From Tagaea sp. (lineage in GTDB: Bacteria; Pseudomonadota; Alphaproteobacteria; CACIAM-22H2): DNA of 64,000 nucleotides. Of this stretch, positions 16,962-27,018 are shown piece after piece (position 1 is the first letter of the stretch; every line of letters starts with the position of its first letter). Below the pieces are notes generated by a model. That model saw nothing but the letters and a program-made list of their open reading frames with translations, had not been told where the DNA came from and did not search any database. The position numbers were made by a program, and so were the translations under genes. The DNA lies in assembly GCA_965279525.1 (NCBI GenBank), contig CBDIIB010000005.1, forward strand, positions 1,696,001 through 1,760,000, read 5' to 3'.

Positions 16962-19900
16962 ATGGCCTTCCCCGTTTCCGCCTGGGCGATCCGCCAGCCG
17001 CTGCCCTCCATCGTCCTCTTCCTCGTGCTGACGATCCTGGGGCTGTTCGGTTTCGCCAACCTGCCGATCACGCGCTTTCCGAACATCGACGCGCCGTTCG
17101 TGTCGGTCACGGTCACCCAGTCGGGTGCCGCCCCTTCCGAGCTGGAAACGCAGGTCACCAAGAAGGTCGAGGACGCGGTCGCCGGCATCGCCGGCGTCAA
17201 GCACATCGTCTCGACGGTGACCGAGGGCAATTCCGGCACGACCATCGAGTTCCGGCTGGAGACGCAGGTCGACCGCGCGCTCAACGACGTCAAGGACGCG
17301 CTCGCGCGCATCCGCCAGGACCTGCCGCGCACGATCGACGAACCCATCGTCCAGCGCATCGATATCGCGGGCCTGCCCATCGTCACCTACGCCGCGCGCG
17401 CCCCGCAGATGTCGGTCGAGGAGCTGTCGTGGTTCGTCGACGACACGGTCGCGCGCGACCTGCAGGGAATCCGCGGCGTGTCGAAGATCGAGCGCGTGGG
17501 CGGCGTGGACCGCGAGATCCGCATCACGCTCGACCCCGACCGGCTTGCCGCCTTCGGCGTGACGGCGGCAGACGTCAACCGCCAGCTGCGCGCCACGCAC
17601 GTGGACCTTGCCGGCGGGCGCGGCGAGGTGGGCGGGCGCGAACAGTCGATCCGCACGCTGGCCGGCACGCACACGCTGGCAAGCCTCGCCGACACGGCGA
17701 TCGCCCTTTCGGGCGGGCGCAAGGTGCGGCTCGAGGAACTGGGCGAGGTCGTCGACGGCCACGCCGAGATGCGCACCTTCGCGCGCTTCGACGGCGAACC
17801 GGTCGTCGCCTTCGCGATCAGCCGCTCGAAGGGGGCGAGCGACGCCACGCTTTCCGTCGCGATCGACGCGCGTATCGCGAGCCTGCAGGCCCGTCATCCC
17901 GAGGTGACGCTCGCGCGCATCGACAGCTACGTCACCTACACCATGGGCAACTATCATTCGGCGATGGCCTCGCTGCTGGAGGGTGCGGCCCTTGCCGTCG
18001 CGGTCGTGCTGCTGTTCTTGCGCGACTGGCGGGCCACGCTCATCACCGCGATCACGCTGCCGCTCGCCATCGTGCCGACCTTCTGGGCGATGGACCTGAT
18101 GGGCTTCTCGCTCAACCTCGTGTCGCTGCTGGCGATCACGCTGGTGACCGGCATCCTCGTCGACGACGCCATCGTCGAGATCGAGAACATCGCGCGCCAC
18201 ATGCAGATGGGAAAGACGCCGTGGCGCGCGGCCCTGGAAGCGGCCGACGAGATCGGCCTTGCGGTCGTCGCCATCACGCTCACCATCGTCGCGGTGTTCG
18301 CGCCCGTCAGTTTCATGGGCGGCATCGCCGGTCAGTATTTCAAGCAGTTCGGGCTGGTGGTGGCGGCGGCCGTGCTGTTCTCGCTGCTGGTGGCCCGTCT
18401 CATCACGCCGATGCTCGCCGCCTATTTCCTGCGCCCGGTCGCGCACAAGGCCGAGGTGGACGGGCGCATCATGCGCGCCTATCTGCGCCTCGTGCAGTGG
18501 TCGACGCGCCACCGCTTCAAGACCGTGATCATCGGGCTTGCGCTGTTCGCGGGCTCGATCTGGTCGACGGCCCTGCTGCCGTCGGGCTTCCTGCCGGGCG
18601 AGGACGTGGCGCGCACGCTGCTCGTCGTCGAACTGCCGCCGGGGGCCCGCCTTGCCGATACCCAGGCCGTCACCGGCGGGATCGTGGAACGGCTGCACAA
18701 CCGGCCGGAAGTGAAGAGCGTGTTCGTCGACGGCGGGCGCACGCCCAATGGCGGACGCGAGGTGCGCCGCGCCACGCTGACGATCCAGTTCGTCCACAAG
18801 ACCCAGCGCGACAAGAAGCAGAAGGTGCTGGAAGCCGAGATCCTGCGCGAGCTTGCCGACATCCCGGACATCCGCTTCTGGCGGCTCAACGAGAACGGCC
18901 AGCGCGGCCTCACGCTGCTCGTCACCGGCGACGATCCGGTCGTGACGGCCGAGATCTCGACGCGCCTTGCCAGCGAGATGCGCACGCTGCCCATCGTGCA
19001 GGGCGTGGTCTCCACCGCCGCCCTCGACAGGGCGGAAATCCGCATCCGGCCGCGCGCCGACCTCGCGGCCGACCTCGGCGTTTCGACCGACACGATCGCC
19101 GAGACGCTGCGCGTGGCGACCATCGGCGACATCGGCGCGAACCTCGCCAAGTTCGACGTCGGCACGCGCCAGATCCCGATCCGCGTGCAGCTCGACGCGC
19201 GCGCGCGCACCGAGGCACAGACGCTGGAAGCCCTGAAAGTGCCGACCGCGCGCGGCGGGCCGGTGCCGCTGGCGACCGTCGCCGAGATCAGCTTCGGCCA
19301 GGGGCCGACGTCCATCGAGCGCTACGACCGCGTGCGGCGAATCGCGGTCGAGGCCGACATGCTGGGCACCGACGCGCTTGGCGACGTGATCGAGCAGACG
19401 ATGCAGCTCCCCGTCGCGCGCAACCTGCCGCCGGGCGTCGAGATCCGCACGTCGGGCGATGCCGAAGTGATGGCAGAGGTCTTCCAGAGCTTCGCCGTCG
19501 CGATGGGGGCCGGCCTGCTGATGGTCTTCGGCGTGCTCGTCCTGCTGTTCGGCTCGTTCCTGCAGCCCGTCACGATCCTGTTCTCGCTGCCGCTGTCGTT
19601 CGGTGGCGTGGTGCTGGCCCTGCTGGTCACCCAGCGCCCGATCTCGATGCCGGTCGTCATCGGCCTCCTGATGCTGATGGGCATCGTCACCAAGAACGCG
19701 ATCATGCTCGTCGATTTCGCGATTGAGGAGATCGCAAGGGGCGTGGACCGGCTGACCGCGATCGTCGATGCCGGGCGCAAGCGCGCGCGGCCGATCATCA
19801 TGACGACCATCGCGATGGCGGCGGGCATGCTGCCCTCGGCCTACGGCGTGGGCGACGGCGGCGAATTCCGCTCGCCGATGGCCATCGCCGTGGTCGGCGG

Positions 19901-20057
19901 CCTGATCGTGTCGACCGGCCTGTCGCTGGTTTTCGTGCCGGCCTTCTTCCTCGTCATGGACGATGTCAGCCGGCTGGGGGCGCGTCTGTTCGCACGCTAT
20001 GTGGGTGCCACCGACGAGCATGAGGCGGGGCCGCCCGCGCGGAATCAGATACCGTAA
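16962..20057 (+). CDS. RND efflux transporter (AcrB/AcrD/AcrF family)
   Basis: 1031 aa; GILVDDAIVEIENI, GIVTKNAIMLVDF, RARPIIMTT. Confidence 0.96.
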   Translation: MAFPVSAWAIRQPLPSIVLFLVLTILGLFGFANLPITRFPNIDAPFVSVTVTQSGAAPSELETQVTKKVEDAVAGIAGVKHIVSTVTEGNSGTTIEFRLETQVDRALNDVKDALARIRQDLPRTIDEPIVQRIDIAGLPIVTYAARAPQMSVEELSWFVDDTVARDLQGIRGVSKIERVGGVDREIRITLDPDRLAAFGVTAADVNRQLRATHVDLAGGRGEVGGREQSIRTLAGTHTLASLADTAIALSGGRKVRLEELGEVVDGHAEMRTFARFDGEPVVAFAISRSKGASDATLSVAIDARIASLQARHPEVTLARIDSYVTYTMGNYHSAMASLLEGAALAVAVVLLFLRDWRATLITAITLPLAIVPTFWAMDLMGFSLNLVSLLAITLVTGILVDDAIVEIENIARHMQMGKTPWRAALEAADEIGLAVVAITLTIVAVFAPVSFMGGIAGQYFKQFGLVVAAAVLFSLLVARLITPMLAAYFLRPVAHKAEVDGRIMRAYLRLVQWSTRHRFKTVIIGLALFAGSIWSTALLPSGFLPGEDVARTLLVVELPPGARLADTQAVTGGIVERLHNRPEVKSVFVDGGRTPNGGREVRRATLTIQFVHKTQRDKKQKVLEAEILRELADIPDIRFWRLNENGQRGLTLLVTGDDPVVTAEISTRLASEMRTLPIVQGVVSTAALDRAEIRIRPRADLAADLGVSTDTIAETLRVATIGDIGANLAKFDVGTRQIPIRVQLDARARTEAQTLEALKVPTARGGPVPLATVAEISFGQGPTSIERYDRVRRIAVEADMLGTDALGDVIEQTMQLPVARNLPPGVEIRTSGDAEVMAEVFQSFAVAMGAGLLMVFGVLVLLFGSFLQPVTILFSLPLSFGGVVLALLVTQRPISMPVVIGLLMLMGIVTKNAIMLVDFAIEEIARGVDRLTAIVDAGRKRARPIIMTTIAMAAGMLPSAYGVGDGGEFRSPMAIAVVGGLIVSTGLSLVFVPAFFLVMDDVSRLGARLFARYVGATDEHEAGPPARNQIP

Positions 20058-20130
20058 AGTTCGTAGTGGAAATCTTAACCGGAACGGGCGCACCATTCGG
20101 TGTCCGGAATCTGGCCGAAGCTTCGAACGA

Positions 20131-21483
20131 ATGGCTTTTCGATACCGCAGCACCCTCGCGGCCGCCGCCGTCCTCGCCGGCGTGCTCGGTGCATGGATGC
20201 CGGCCTGCGCCCAGCCCGCCGATCCCCGGATGTCCGCCGATGTCGACGCGGCTTTCGCGCGCATGCTGGCCGATCCGGGCAATCCCGAACTGACCTTCGC
20301 CTATGCCACGGCCGCGGCGCGCGCCGGCAATCTCGAAGGTGCCATCGCGTCGCTCGAACGCATGCTGCTGGCCGATTCGGGCCTCGCGCGGGTGCGCTTC
20401 GAACTCGGGATCCTCTATTACAGGATCGAATCCTTCGAGGCCGCACGCGGCTATTTCCGTTCCGCGCGCGAAGGCGGACGCCTGCCCGACGATCTCGACG
20501 CGCGCGCTGCCGAGTTCCTCGCCGAGATCGACAAGCGCCAGTCGCCGCACCGCTTCTCGGGGTCCGTGACGGTCGGGGCGCGCTACCAGTCCAATGCGAA
20601 TTCGAACAACAACACGGCCTTCGTGCGCATCCCGGCCCTCGGCGGGCTGAACGTCACGAACTCCGGCTCCAGCCGCAAGCATGACTGGAACGCGCTGGCC
20701 TCGGTGGCACTCCTCCACAATTACGAATGGGAGCCGGGGTCCGGCGATTCGCTGGAGACGGCGCTGACGCTCTATGGCGTGCGCCAGGCGAGCGTGCGGT
20801 CGGTGAATACGGCGCTGGCGGAAATCTCCACCGGGCCGCGTTTTGCCCTGCCGTTCGGCCCGTTCGATTCGGCGAGCATGCGGCCCTACCTGCTGGCCAA
20901 CCTCGTCACCCTCGACGACAACCGCTACTACCATTCCGGCGGCGCCGGCCTGCAGTTCCAGACCGCTTTCGCGAACGCCTTCGAATGGACGCTCGGCTAC
21001 GAGACGCGAAGCACGAACTACCGCACGGACTCCACGCGTTCGACCGCGCGTGCCGAGCAGGGGCAGGGCCATGTCGGTTCGACGTCGCTGACTTGGAACG
21101 CGACGGCCGTCGACAGTTTCACCGTCGGCTTCGCCGCCGGCCAGGTGTTCACGCGCGAGACCTACAAGACGTCGACGCAGACCGAGACGAGCTTTTCCTA
21201 CGCGCGCCGGATCGAGGCACCCTTCGGTCTGGGTGCCGGCCCCTGGATACTCGGCGGCGGCGTGGCGCGGGAAATCGTCAGCTATGCCGCGGGTGATCCG
21301 AATGTCGACCGCCGGGCGCGGCGCAACGACCGCGAGTGGCGCTTCACCGCATCGATGAGCGTGCCGGTCACGCTCGATGTGTCGTTCGTGCTGATCGGCC
21401 AGCACCAGACGGTCGTCTCCAGCTACGAGGTCAACACCTACCGCAACGAAAGCCTGACGGCGGGGCTCACATGGAGCTTCTGA
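20131..21483 (+). CDS. TPR plus outer-membrane beta-barrel protein (DUF560/Slam-like)
   Basis: Signal peptide; TPR pair AIASLERML..RVRFELGILYY; amphipathic strands; terminal AGLTWSF beta-signal. Confidence 0.78.
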   Translation: MAFRYRSTLAAAAVLAGVLGAWMPACAQPADPRMSADVDAAFARMLADPGNPELTFAYATAAARAGNLEGAIASLERMLLADSGLARVRFELGILYYRIESFEAARGYFRSAREGGRLPDDLDARAAEFLAEIDKRQSPHRFSGSVTVGARYQSNANSNNNTAFVRIPALGGLNVTNSGSSRKHDWNALASVALLHNYEWEPGSGDSLETALTLYGVRQASVRSVNTALAEISTGPRFALPFGPFDSASMRPYLLANLVTLDDNRYYHSGGAGLQFQTAFANAFEWTLGYETRSTNYRTDSTRSTARAEQGQGHVGSTSLTWNATAVDSFTVGFAAGQVFTRETYKTSTQTETSFSYARRIEAPFGLGAGPWILGGGVAREIVSYAAGDPNVDRRARRNDREWRFTASMSVPVTLDVSFVLIGQHQTVVSSYEVNTYRNESLTAGLTWSF

Positions 21484-22475
21484 CCCGCATCGCGGCCGGC
21501 GTCCTTGCCGTCTCGTTGGCGGCGGGCGGCGCGCATGCGCAGCCGGCCCCGTCCGTCGGCGTCGCGGCGGCGGTGGTGCCCGACGCGCGCTCCATGCCGC
21601 CCGGTGGCGAGAACCGGACGCTTGCCGTCGGCGCCAATCTCGTCTTCCGCGAGCGCGTGACGACCGGGCCCGCCGGCCAGGTGCAGCTTCTCTTTGCCGA
21701 CCAGTCCGCGGTGTCGGTCGGCCCCGGCTCGGACCTGACGATCGACGAATATGTCTACGATCCCGCCGCCGGTGCGGGCCGCATGGCGATGCGGCTGGCG
21801 CGCGGTGCCGCCCGCTTCGTCGGCGGCAAGATATCGAAGACCGGCGAGGTCGCGATCGAGACGCCGGCCGGCCAGATCGGCATCCGCGGCGGCATGGCGA
21901 TGGTCGACGTGGCGCCCGACGGCGCCACGACCCGCGTCGTCCACCTGTTCGGCTATACGACGCTGCGCGCACTCGACGGCCAGACCCTGACGATGTCGCG
22001 CGCCGGCTCGCTCGTCGATCTCGCACGTCCGGCACAGGCGGGCGCACCTGCCGCGCGCCTTGTCGCGCGTCCGGCGCAGTCCGGCGAGATGGCGGCGATG
22101 CGGGGCCAGTTCGAGCGGCCGGGTGCCGGAACGTCTGCCGGTCCCTCGGCGCCGGGCGGTGCTGCACCGCCGACGGCACCTTCGCCCGGCGGACCGCCGG
22201 GACTTCCCGCCGCCGGTGCCGCCGGCCCGCCAGCTGGCGGCCAGATCGACTCAGCACTCGGCCGCTCGGGAATGTCGCAGGTCAATGCGGGTGCCCCGGC
22301 CCGCCTTGTGACCATCGCACCGCAGGGCAGCGTGCAGGGCGGCCCTGCGGCCGGCGGCCAGCCACCGCAGGCGAAAGGCCCGTCAGCGGTCAAGCTGCCG
22401 GCACTGGGACCGAAGGGTCCCGGGATGGGGCGGCCGATGCGCCCGCCGCCGAAATTCATCAAGCCGCCGCAATGA
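21471..22475 (+). CDS. Exported FecR-domain protein with Pro/Gly/Ala-rich tail
   Basis: VQLLFADQS..VGPGSDLTIDEYVYDP, GAARFVGGKISK, TPAGQIGIRGG. Confidence 0.82.
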   Translation: MELLTRIAAGVLAVSLAAGGAHAQPAPSVGVAAAVVPDARSMPPGGENRTLAVGANLVFRERVTTGPAGQVQLLFADQSAVSVGPGSDLTIDEYVYDPAAGAGRMAMRLARGAARFVGGKISKTGEVAIETPAGQIGIRGGMAMVDVAPDGATTRVVHLFGYTTLRALDGQTLTMSRAGSLVDLARPAQAGAPAARLVARPAQSGEMAAMRGQFERPGAGTSAGPSAPGGAAPPTAPSPGGPPGLPAAGAAGPPAGGQIDSALGRSGMSQVNAGAPARLVTIAPQGSVQGGPAAGGQPPQAKGPSAVKLPALGPKGPGMGRPMRPPPKFIKPPQ

Positions 22476-24700
22476 AGCGACTGGCGGGCCTTGCGGCGCC
22501 GCTTCTTCTGCTGGCCGGTCTCGCCGGCCTGCGCGTGCTGGATCCGCCGGTGCTGCGCGACGTGCGTGCCTGGATTTTCGACGGCTACCAGCGGCTGGCG
22601 CCGCGCCCGTGGAGCGATGCCGGTGTGCGGATCGTCGATATCGACGAGGAAAGCCTCGCCCGTTTCGGCCAATGGCCGTGGCCGCGCCCGCTCGTCGCCT
22701 CGCTTGCCGAGCGGCTTTCCGCCGCCGGTGCCGCTTCGATCGCGTTCGACATGGTGTTCGCCGAGCCCGACCGGACGAGCCCTGCGGCGATCCTGCCGCT
22801 GTGGGCCGGTGCCGCCGGCGATCCGGCGCTGGCTGCACTTGCCGCACGACTGCCGGATCACGACGCCCTGTTCGCGCAGGCGCTCGGCAGCACACCCTCG
22901 GTGCTTGGCTTCGTGCTGTCGGACGCCGCGGTGCCGGCCGCACCGCCCGCCGCCAAGTGGGGCATCGTCTTCGCGGGTCCCGACGCGAGCGGCTTCCTGC
23001 ACGCCCATTCCGGTGCCGTGCGCAACCTTCCCGCACTCGAAGCCGCGGCACCTGGCCTGGGAAGTATCACGACGGGCTTCGACGCCGCCGGCATCGTGCG
23101 CCGCGTGCCGCTGATGGCACGCCTGAAGCGCGAGGACGGGAGTGCCCATCGCGCGATCTATCCGTCGCTGGCGGCCGAGGCACTGCGTGTCGCGCAGGAT
23201 GCCTCGACCTACGTGATCCGTGCCGCGGGCGCTTCGGGGCAGGGCGCGTTCGGCGCGCAGACCGGGATCGTCGACATCCGGATCGGCGCGTTCGTCGCGC
23301 GCACCGATGCCGGCGGCCGCATGCTGCTTTACGACACCGGGCCCGTGCCGCAGCGCGTCGTGCCGGCCTGGCGCGTGCTGGCAGGCGACATGCCGCCGGA
23401 CGCGTTCGACGGGCGCATCGCGTTCATCGGCACGTCGGCGGCCGGTCTCAAGGACATCCGCGCCACGCCGCTCAATCCGGTGGCTGCCGGCGTCGAGGTC
23501 CACGCGCAGATCGCCGAGCAGATCGTCGACGGCATCTTCCTGGAGCGGCCGGACTGGGCGGACGGATTCGAGTTCGCGGCACTCGTGGCGGCCGGCGCGA
23601 CGCTGATGCTGGTGCTCGCTGCGACGGGGGCCGCGACAGGTGCCGTCGTGCTGGTGCTGGCGCTGGCCGCCGCGTTCGCAGGCTCGTGGTACGCGTTCGC
23701 CACACACCGGATGCTGTTCGATCCGGTCTATCCGGCACTTGCCGCCGTGGTGCTCTATATGGTGCAGACGCTGATCGGCTTCCTGCGCAGCGAGGCCGAG
23801 CGCCGGCAGGTGCGCGGCGCCTTCGGCCGGTACCTGGCACCTGCCCTTGTCGAGCAGCTCGCGCGCGATCCGGACAGGCTTGCATTGGGCGGCGAGATGA
23901 AGCCGATCACGCTGATGTTCATGGACATCCGCGGCTTCACGCCGATCTCCGAACAGTTCGACGCGCACGGGCTCACGCGCTTCCTCAACCGCTTCCTCAC
24001 GCGCATGACGTCGTTCGTGCTCGACAGCGGCGGCACCGTCGACAAATACATGGGCGACGCGATCATGGCGTTCTGGAACGCGCCGCTGGACGTCGCCGAC
24101 CATCCCAGGAAGGCGCTTGAAGCGGCGCTCGCGATGCTCGCCGGGGCAAGGGCTTTCGATGCCGAATGGCGTGCCGAGCGCGAGAAGGAAGGGCTGGGCC
24201 ACGTGCCGGTCAGGATCGGCATCGGTCTCAACACGGGGATCTGCTGCGTGGGCAACATGGGGGCCGAGCAGCGCTTCGACTATTCGGCCATCGGCGACGA
24301 CGTGAACCTGTGTTCGCGCCTGGAAGGGCAGAGCAAGTCCTATGGCCTCACGCTGCTGATCGCCGAGGCAACCGCCGAGGCATGCGCCGAAGCCTTTCCG
24401 CTGCTCGAAATCGACCTGCTGCGCGTCAAGGGCAAGACGCGCCCCGCACGCATCTTCACGGCCGTGCCCGGAGAGATCGATGCCGCTTTCGCCGACTGGA
24501 GGCAAGCGCACGACGCCGCACTTGCCGCCTATCGCCGGCAGGACTGGGCGGGTGCCCGTGCCGCGATCGCGGCGTCGCGCGGGCGGGGCGACGGCGCCCT
24601 CGACGGTTACTACGCGGTTCTCGAAGCGCGCATCGCTGCCTACGAGACCGACCCGCCGCCCGCGGACTGGGACGGCGTGCACGTCGCGACCGAGAAGTAG
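22472..24700 (+). CDS. CHASE2-domain class III adenylate cyclase
   Basis: IVDIDEESL.RFGQWPWPR, three TMs, MFMDIRGFT, DKYMGD, DYSAIGDDVN..SRLEG; K/D pair typical of ATP specificity. Confidence 0.93.
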   Translation: MKRLAGLAAPLLLLAGLAGLRVLDPPVLRDVRAWIFDGYQRLAPRPWSDAGVRIVDIDEESLARFGQWPWPRPLVASLAERLSAAGAASIAFDMVFAEPDRTSPAAILPLWAGAAGDPALAALAARLPDHDALFAQALGSTPSVLGFVLSDAAVPAAPPAAKWGIVFAGPDASGFLHAHSGAVRNLPALEAAAPGLGSITTGFDAAGIVRRVPLMARLKREDGSAHRAIYPSLAAEALRVAQDASTYVIRAAGASGQGAFGAQTGIVDIRIGAFVARTDAGGRMLLYDTGPVPQRVVPAWRVLAGDMPPDAFDGRIAFIGTSAAGLKDIRATPLNPVAAGVEVHAQIAEQIVDGIFLERPDWADGFEFAALVAAGATLMLVLAATGAATGAVVLVLALAAAFAGSWYAFATHRMLFDPVYPALAAVVLYMVQTLIGFLRSEAERRQVRGAFGRYLAPALVEQLARDPDRLALGGEMKPITLMFMDIRGFTPISEQFDAHGLTRFLNRFLTRMTSFVLDSGGTVDKYMGDAIMAFWNAPLDVADHPRKALEAALAMLAGARAFDAEWRAEREKEGLGHVPVRIGIGLNTGICCVGNMGAEQRFDYSAIGDDVNLCSRLEGQSKSYGLTLLIAEATAEACAEAFPLLEIDLLRVKGKTRPARIFTAVPGEIDAAFADWRQAHDAALAAYRRQDWAGARAAIAASRGRGDGALDGYYAVLEARIAAYETDPPPADWDGVHVATEK

Positions 24701-24706
24701 GCCCGC

Positions 24707-25420
24707 TCAGGCCTGCTTGAACTCGTGGACCATTTCCTTGAGCCGCTTGGGCTCGAGGACGGCAAGTTCGGCCTTCTCGCGCACGACGATCTTCTTGCGC
24801 GCGAGTTCGGAGAACACCCGCGCCACCGTCTCGCGCGTCGTCGACACGCGCGCCGCGATGTCGCCGTGCGCCGGGATCGGGCGGATCACCGTGCGCCCGC
24901 CGGCGGCCTGCTTCGCCAGCCGCAGGATTTCGGCATAGACGCGGTTGTGGGCACCCAGCGTGGAAAGTTCGACGATGCGCGACGTCGCGTGGCGCACCAT
25001 GTGGGCCAGATGGTCGAGCAGGGCGAGCTGGGCGGACGAGCTGGCGAGAACCGCGTCGAGGAACGCCTGGCGCCCGAGCACGCCGAGCTGCGAGGGTTCC
25101 AGCGCCACGACGCTGGCCGAGCGCGGCTCGCCGTCGATCGCCGCAAGCTCGCCCACGCAGGCACCCGCCCCGATCTCGTCGAAGCTGACTTCGCGGCCCG
25201 ATTCCGAAAAGACGACGATGCGCGCCCGGCCGGCGACGAGGAAATAGACGTCGCTGTCGTCGCTGTCGCGGTCGATGATCGGCTGGCCGGCGTCGAAGCG
25301 GCACCAGCGGCATTTCGCCTCGATCGCCTGGCGGGCGCCGTCGGCCAGCGGGGCGAACAGGGCGATGCCCTTCAGGGTCCGGACCGCGGGGGCCGGAACC
25401 GCCTTTCTGGCACTGGTCAT
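24707..25420 (-). CDS. Crp/Fnr-family regulator (Clr-like)
   Basis: cNMP-binding GELAAIDGEPRSASV; HTH IAARVSTTRETVAR. Confidence 0.9.
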   Translation of the reverse strand: MTSARKAVPAPAVRTLKGIALFAPLADGARQAIEAKCRWCRFDAGQPIIDRDSDDSDVYFLVAGRARIVVFSESGREVSFDEIGAGACVGELAAIDGEPRSASVVALEPSQLGVLGRQAFLDAVLASSSAQLALLDHLAHMVRHATSRIVELSTLGAHNRVYAEILRLAKQAAGGRTVIRPIPAHGDIAARVSTTRETVARVFSELARKKIVVREKAELAVLEPKRLKEMVHEFKQA

Positions 25421-25555
25421 CGCCGAATCTCCCTGTTGCGGGCCTTGCCCGGCCGGACGTTGCCGCATCGCACTCCCTTCCTCTATAGTCGCCCGGGCCG
25501 TGTTGCAACGCAACAAGGGGCGGCAGCACATCACATCGGGGGCGCGCGGGTTCGG

Positions 25556-26044
25556 ATGGATCAGTACGAGGAACTTCACGGTCTCTATTTCGAGGATCTG
25601 AAGGTCGGCCAGACCGCGATTTTTGCCAAGACCGTCACCGAGACCGACATCGTGCTGTTCGCAGGGCTGACCGGCGACAACAATCCCGTGCACATCAACG
25701 AGGTGTTCGCCGCCGCCACGCCGTTCTCGGGCCGCATCGCGCACGGCATGCTGACCGCCAGTTTCGTCTCGACGGTTCTCGGCACGCGCCTGCCGGGACC
25801 GGGCGCCATCTATCTGAGCCAGACGCTGCGCTTCAAGGCGCCGGTGCGCGCGGGCGACACGGTCGTGGCGCGCGCGACGGTCAAGGAACTGGTGCCGGAG
25901 AAGCGCCGTTGCACGCTCGAGACGACGATCATGGTCGATGACAAGACCGTGCTCGAGGGCGAGGCCGTCGTGCTCGTGTCGAGCCGTGCGGCACTGACCG
26001 CGCATCGCGCGAGCGCGCGCGAGACATCGGCTGCAGGCGACTGA
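25556..26044 (+). CDS. MaoC-family (R)-specific enoyl-CoA hydratase (PhaJ-like)
   Basis: FAGLTGDNNPVH, RIAHGML, LPGPGAIY. Confidence 0.9.
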   Translation: MDQYEELHGLYFEDLKVGQTAIFAKTVTETDIVLFAGLTGDNNPVHINEVFAAATPFSGRIAHGMLTASFVSTVLGTRLPGPGAIYLSQTLRFKAPVRAGDTVVARATVKELVPEKRRCTLETTIMVDDKTVLEGEAVVLVSSRAALTAHRASARETSAAGD

Positions 26045-26052
26045 ACGAACCA

Positions 26053-27018
26053 ATGCGTCTTTACCGCGATCCGGCCGGCATTCCCGCCGATGCGAAGGGT
26101 GCCTACGCCGCCATCGGCAATTTCGACGGCGTGCATCGCGGCCATCAGGCCGTGATCGGCGAGGCGATCCGCCTTGCGCGCGCGGCCGGCCGCAAGTCGG
26201 CCGTCATCACGTTCGAGCCGCATCCGCGCCGCGTGTTCAAGCCCGACCTGCCGCCGTTCCTGCTGACCAGTGCGCGCATGAAGATCGCCACGCTGCGCGA
26301 TCTGGGTGTCGATCTGTGTTTTGCACTCCGCTTCGACCGGCAGCTTGCGGGCCTGACAGCCGAGGAATTCGTCGCGCGCGTGCTGGTCGGCTCGCTCGGC
26401 CTCGAAGGTATCGTCGCCGGCTACGATTTCGTCTTCGGCAAGGGTCGTGGCGGCAGTCCGGAAACACTGGTCGCCGAGATGCGCAAGGCCGGGCGGGTCG
26501 CGAAGATCGTGGCCCCCGCACTCGACGCGGCGGCCGCCGGGTCGGCGGCTGGCGAGAGCGATCCGGAAGCGTTCGTCTATTCGTCGACCGGCGTGCGCGA
26601 CGCGCTCAAAGCGGGCGATCCGCGCGCCGCCGCGCGCATCCTCGGCCGGCCCTTCGCGATCGAAGGGCGCGTGCGTCACGGCGACGCGCGCGGCCGCACG
26701 ATCGGTTTTCCGACCGCGAACCTGGCGCTGGGCCCCTATCTGCCACCGGCCTTCGGCGTCTATGCGGTGCGCGTGGACGGTGCCGTCGCCGGTCGTACGC
26801 TGGGCGGTGTCGCCAATCTCGGCGTACGCCCGACGGTGGGCGGGGATCCCGCACCCCGCCTCGAGGTCCATCTGTTCGACTTCGCGGGCGATCTTTACGG
26901 GCGACGGCTGACGGTCTCGCTGATCGAGTTCCTGCGTCCCGAACGCAAGTTCGACGGCCTCGATGCGCTCAAGGCCCAGATCGCCGCCGACGCTTCGGCT
27001 GCGCGAAAGCTGGTCTAG
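26053..27018 (+). CDS. ribF: Riboflavin kinase/FAD synthetase
   Basis: GNFDGVHRGH, TFEPHP, GRTIGFPTAN, LEVHLFDF. Confidence 0.96.
   Translation: MRLYRDPAGIPADAKGAYAAIGNFDGVHRGHQAVIGEAIRLARAAGRKSAVITFEPHPRRVFKPDLPPFLLTSARMKIATLRDLGVDLCFALRFDRQLAGLTAEEFVARVLVGSLGLEGIVAGYDFVFGKGRGGSPETLVAEMRKAGRVAKIVAPALDAAAAGSAAGESDPEAFVYSSTGVRDALKAGDPRAAARILGRPFAIEGRVRHGDARGRTIGFPTANLALGPYLPPAFGVYAVRVDGAVAGRTLGGVANLGVRPTVGGDPAPRLEVHLFDFAGDLYGRRLTVSLIEFLRPERKFDGLDALKAQIAADASAARKLV

Noticed and set aside
15624-20282. 1552-aa minus-strand ORF and many other long overlapping ORFs
   Set aside because: These are antisense or frameshifted shadows of real genes, expected at this GC content. They are Arg/Ala/Gly-rich and lack motifs.
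15160-21483. The outer-membrane gene at 20131 as the RND exit channel
   Set aside because: It has a TPR plus beta-barrel layout rather than a TolC layout, and it overlaps the FecR/cyclase genes instead.
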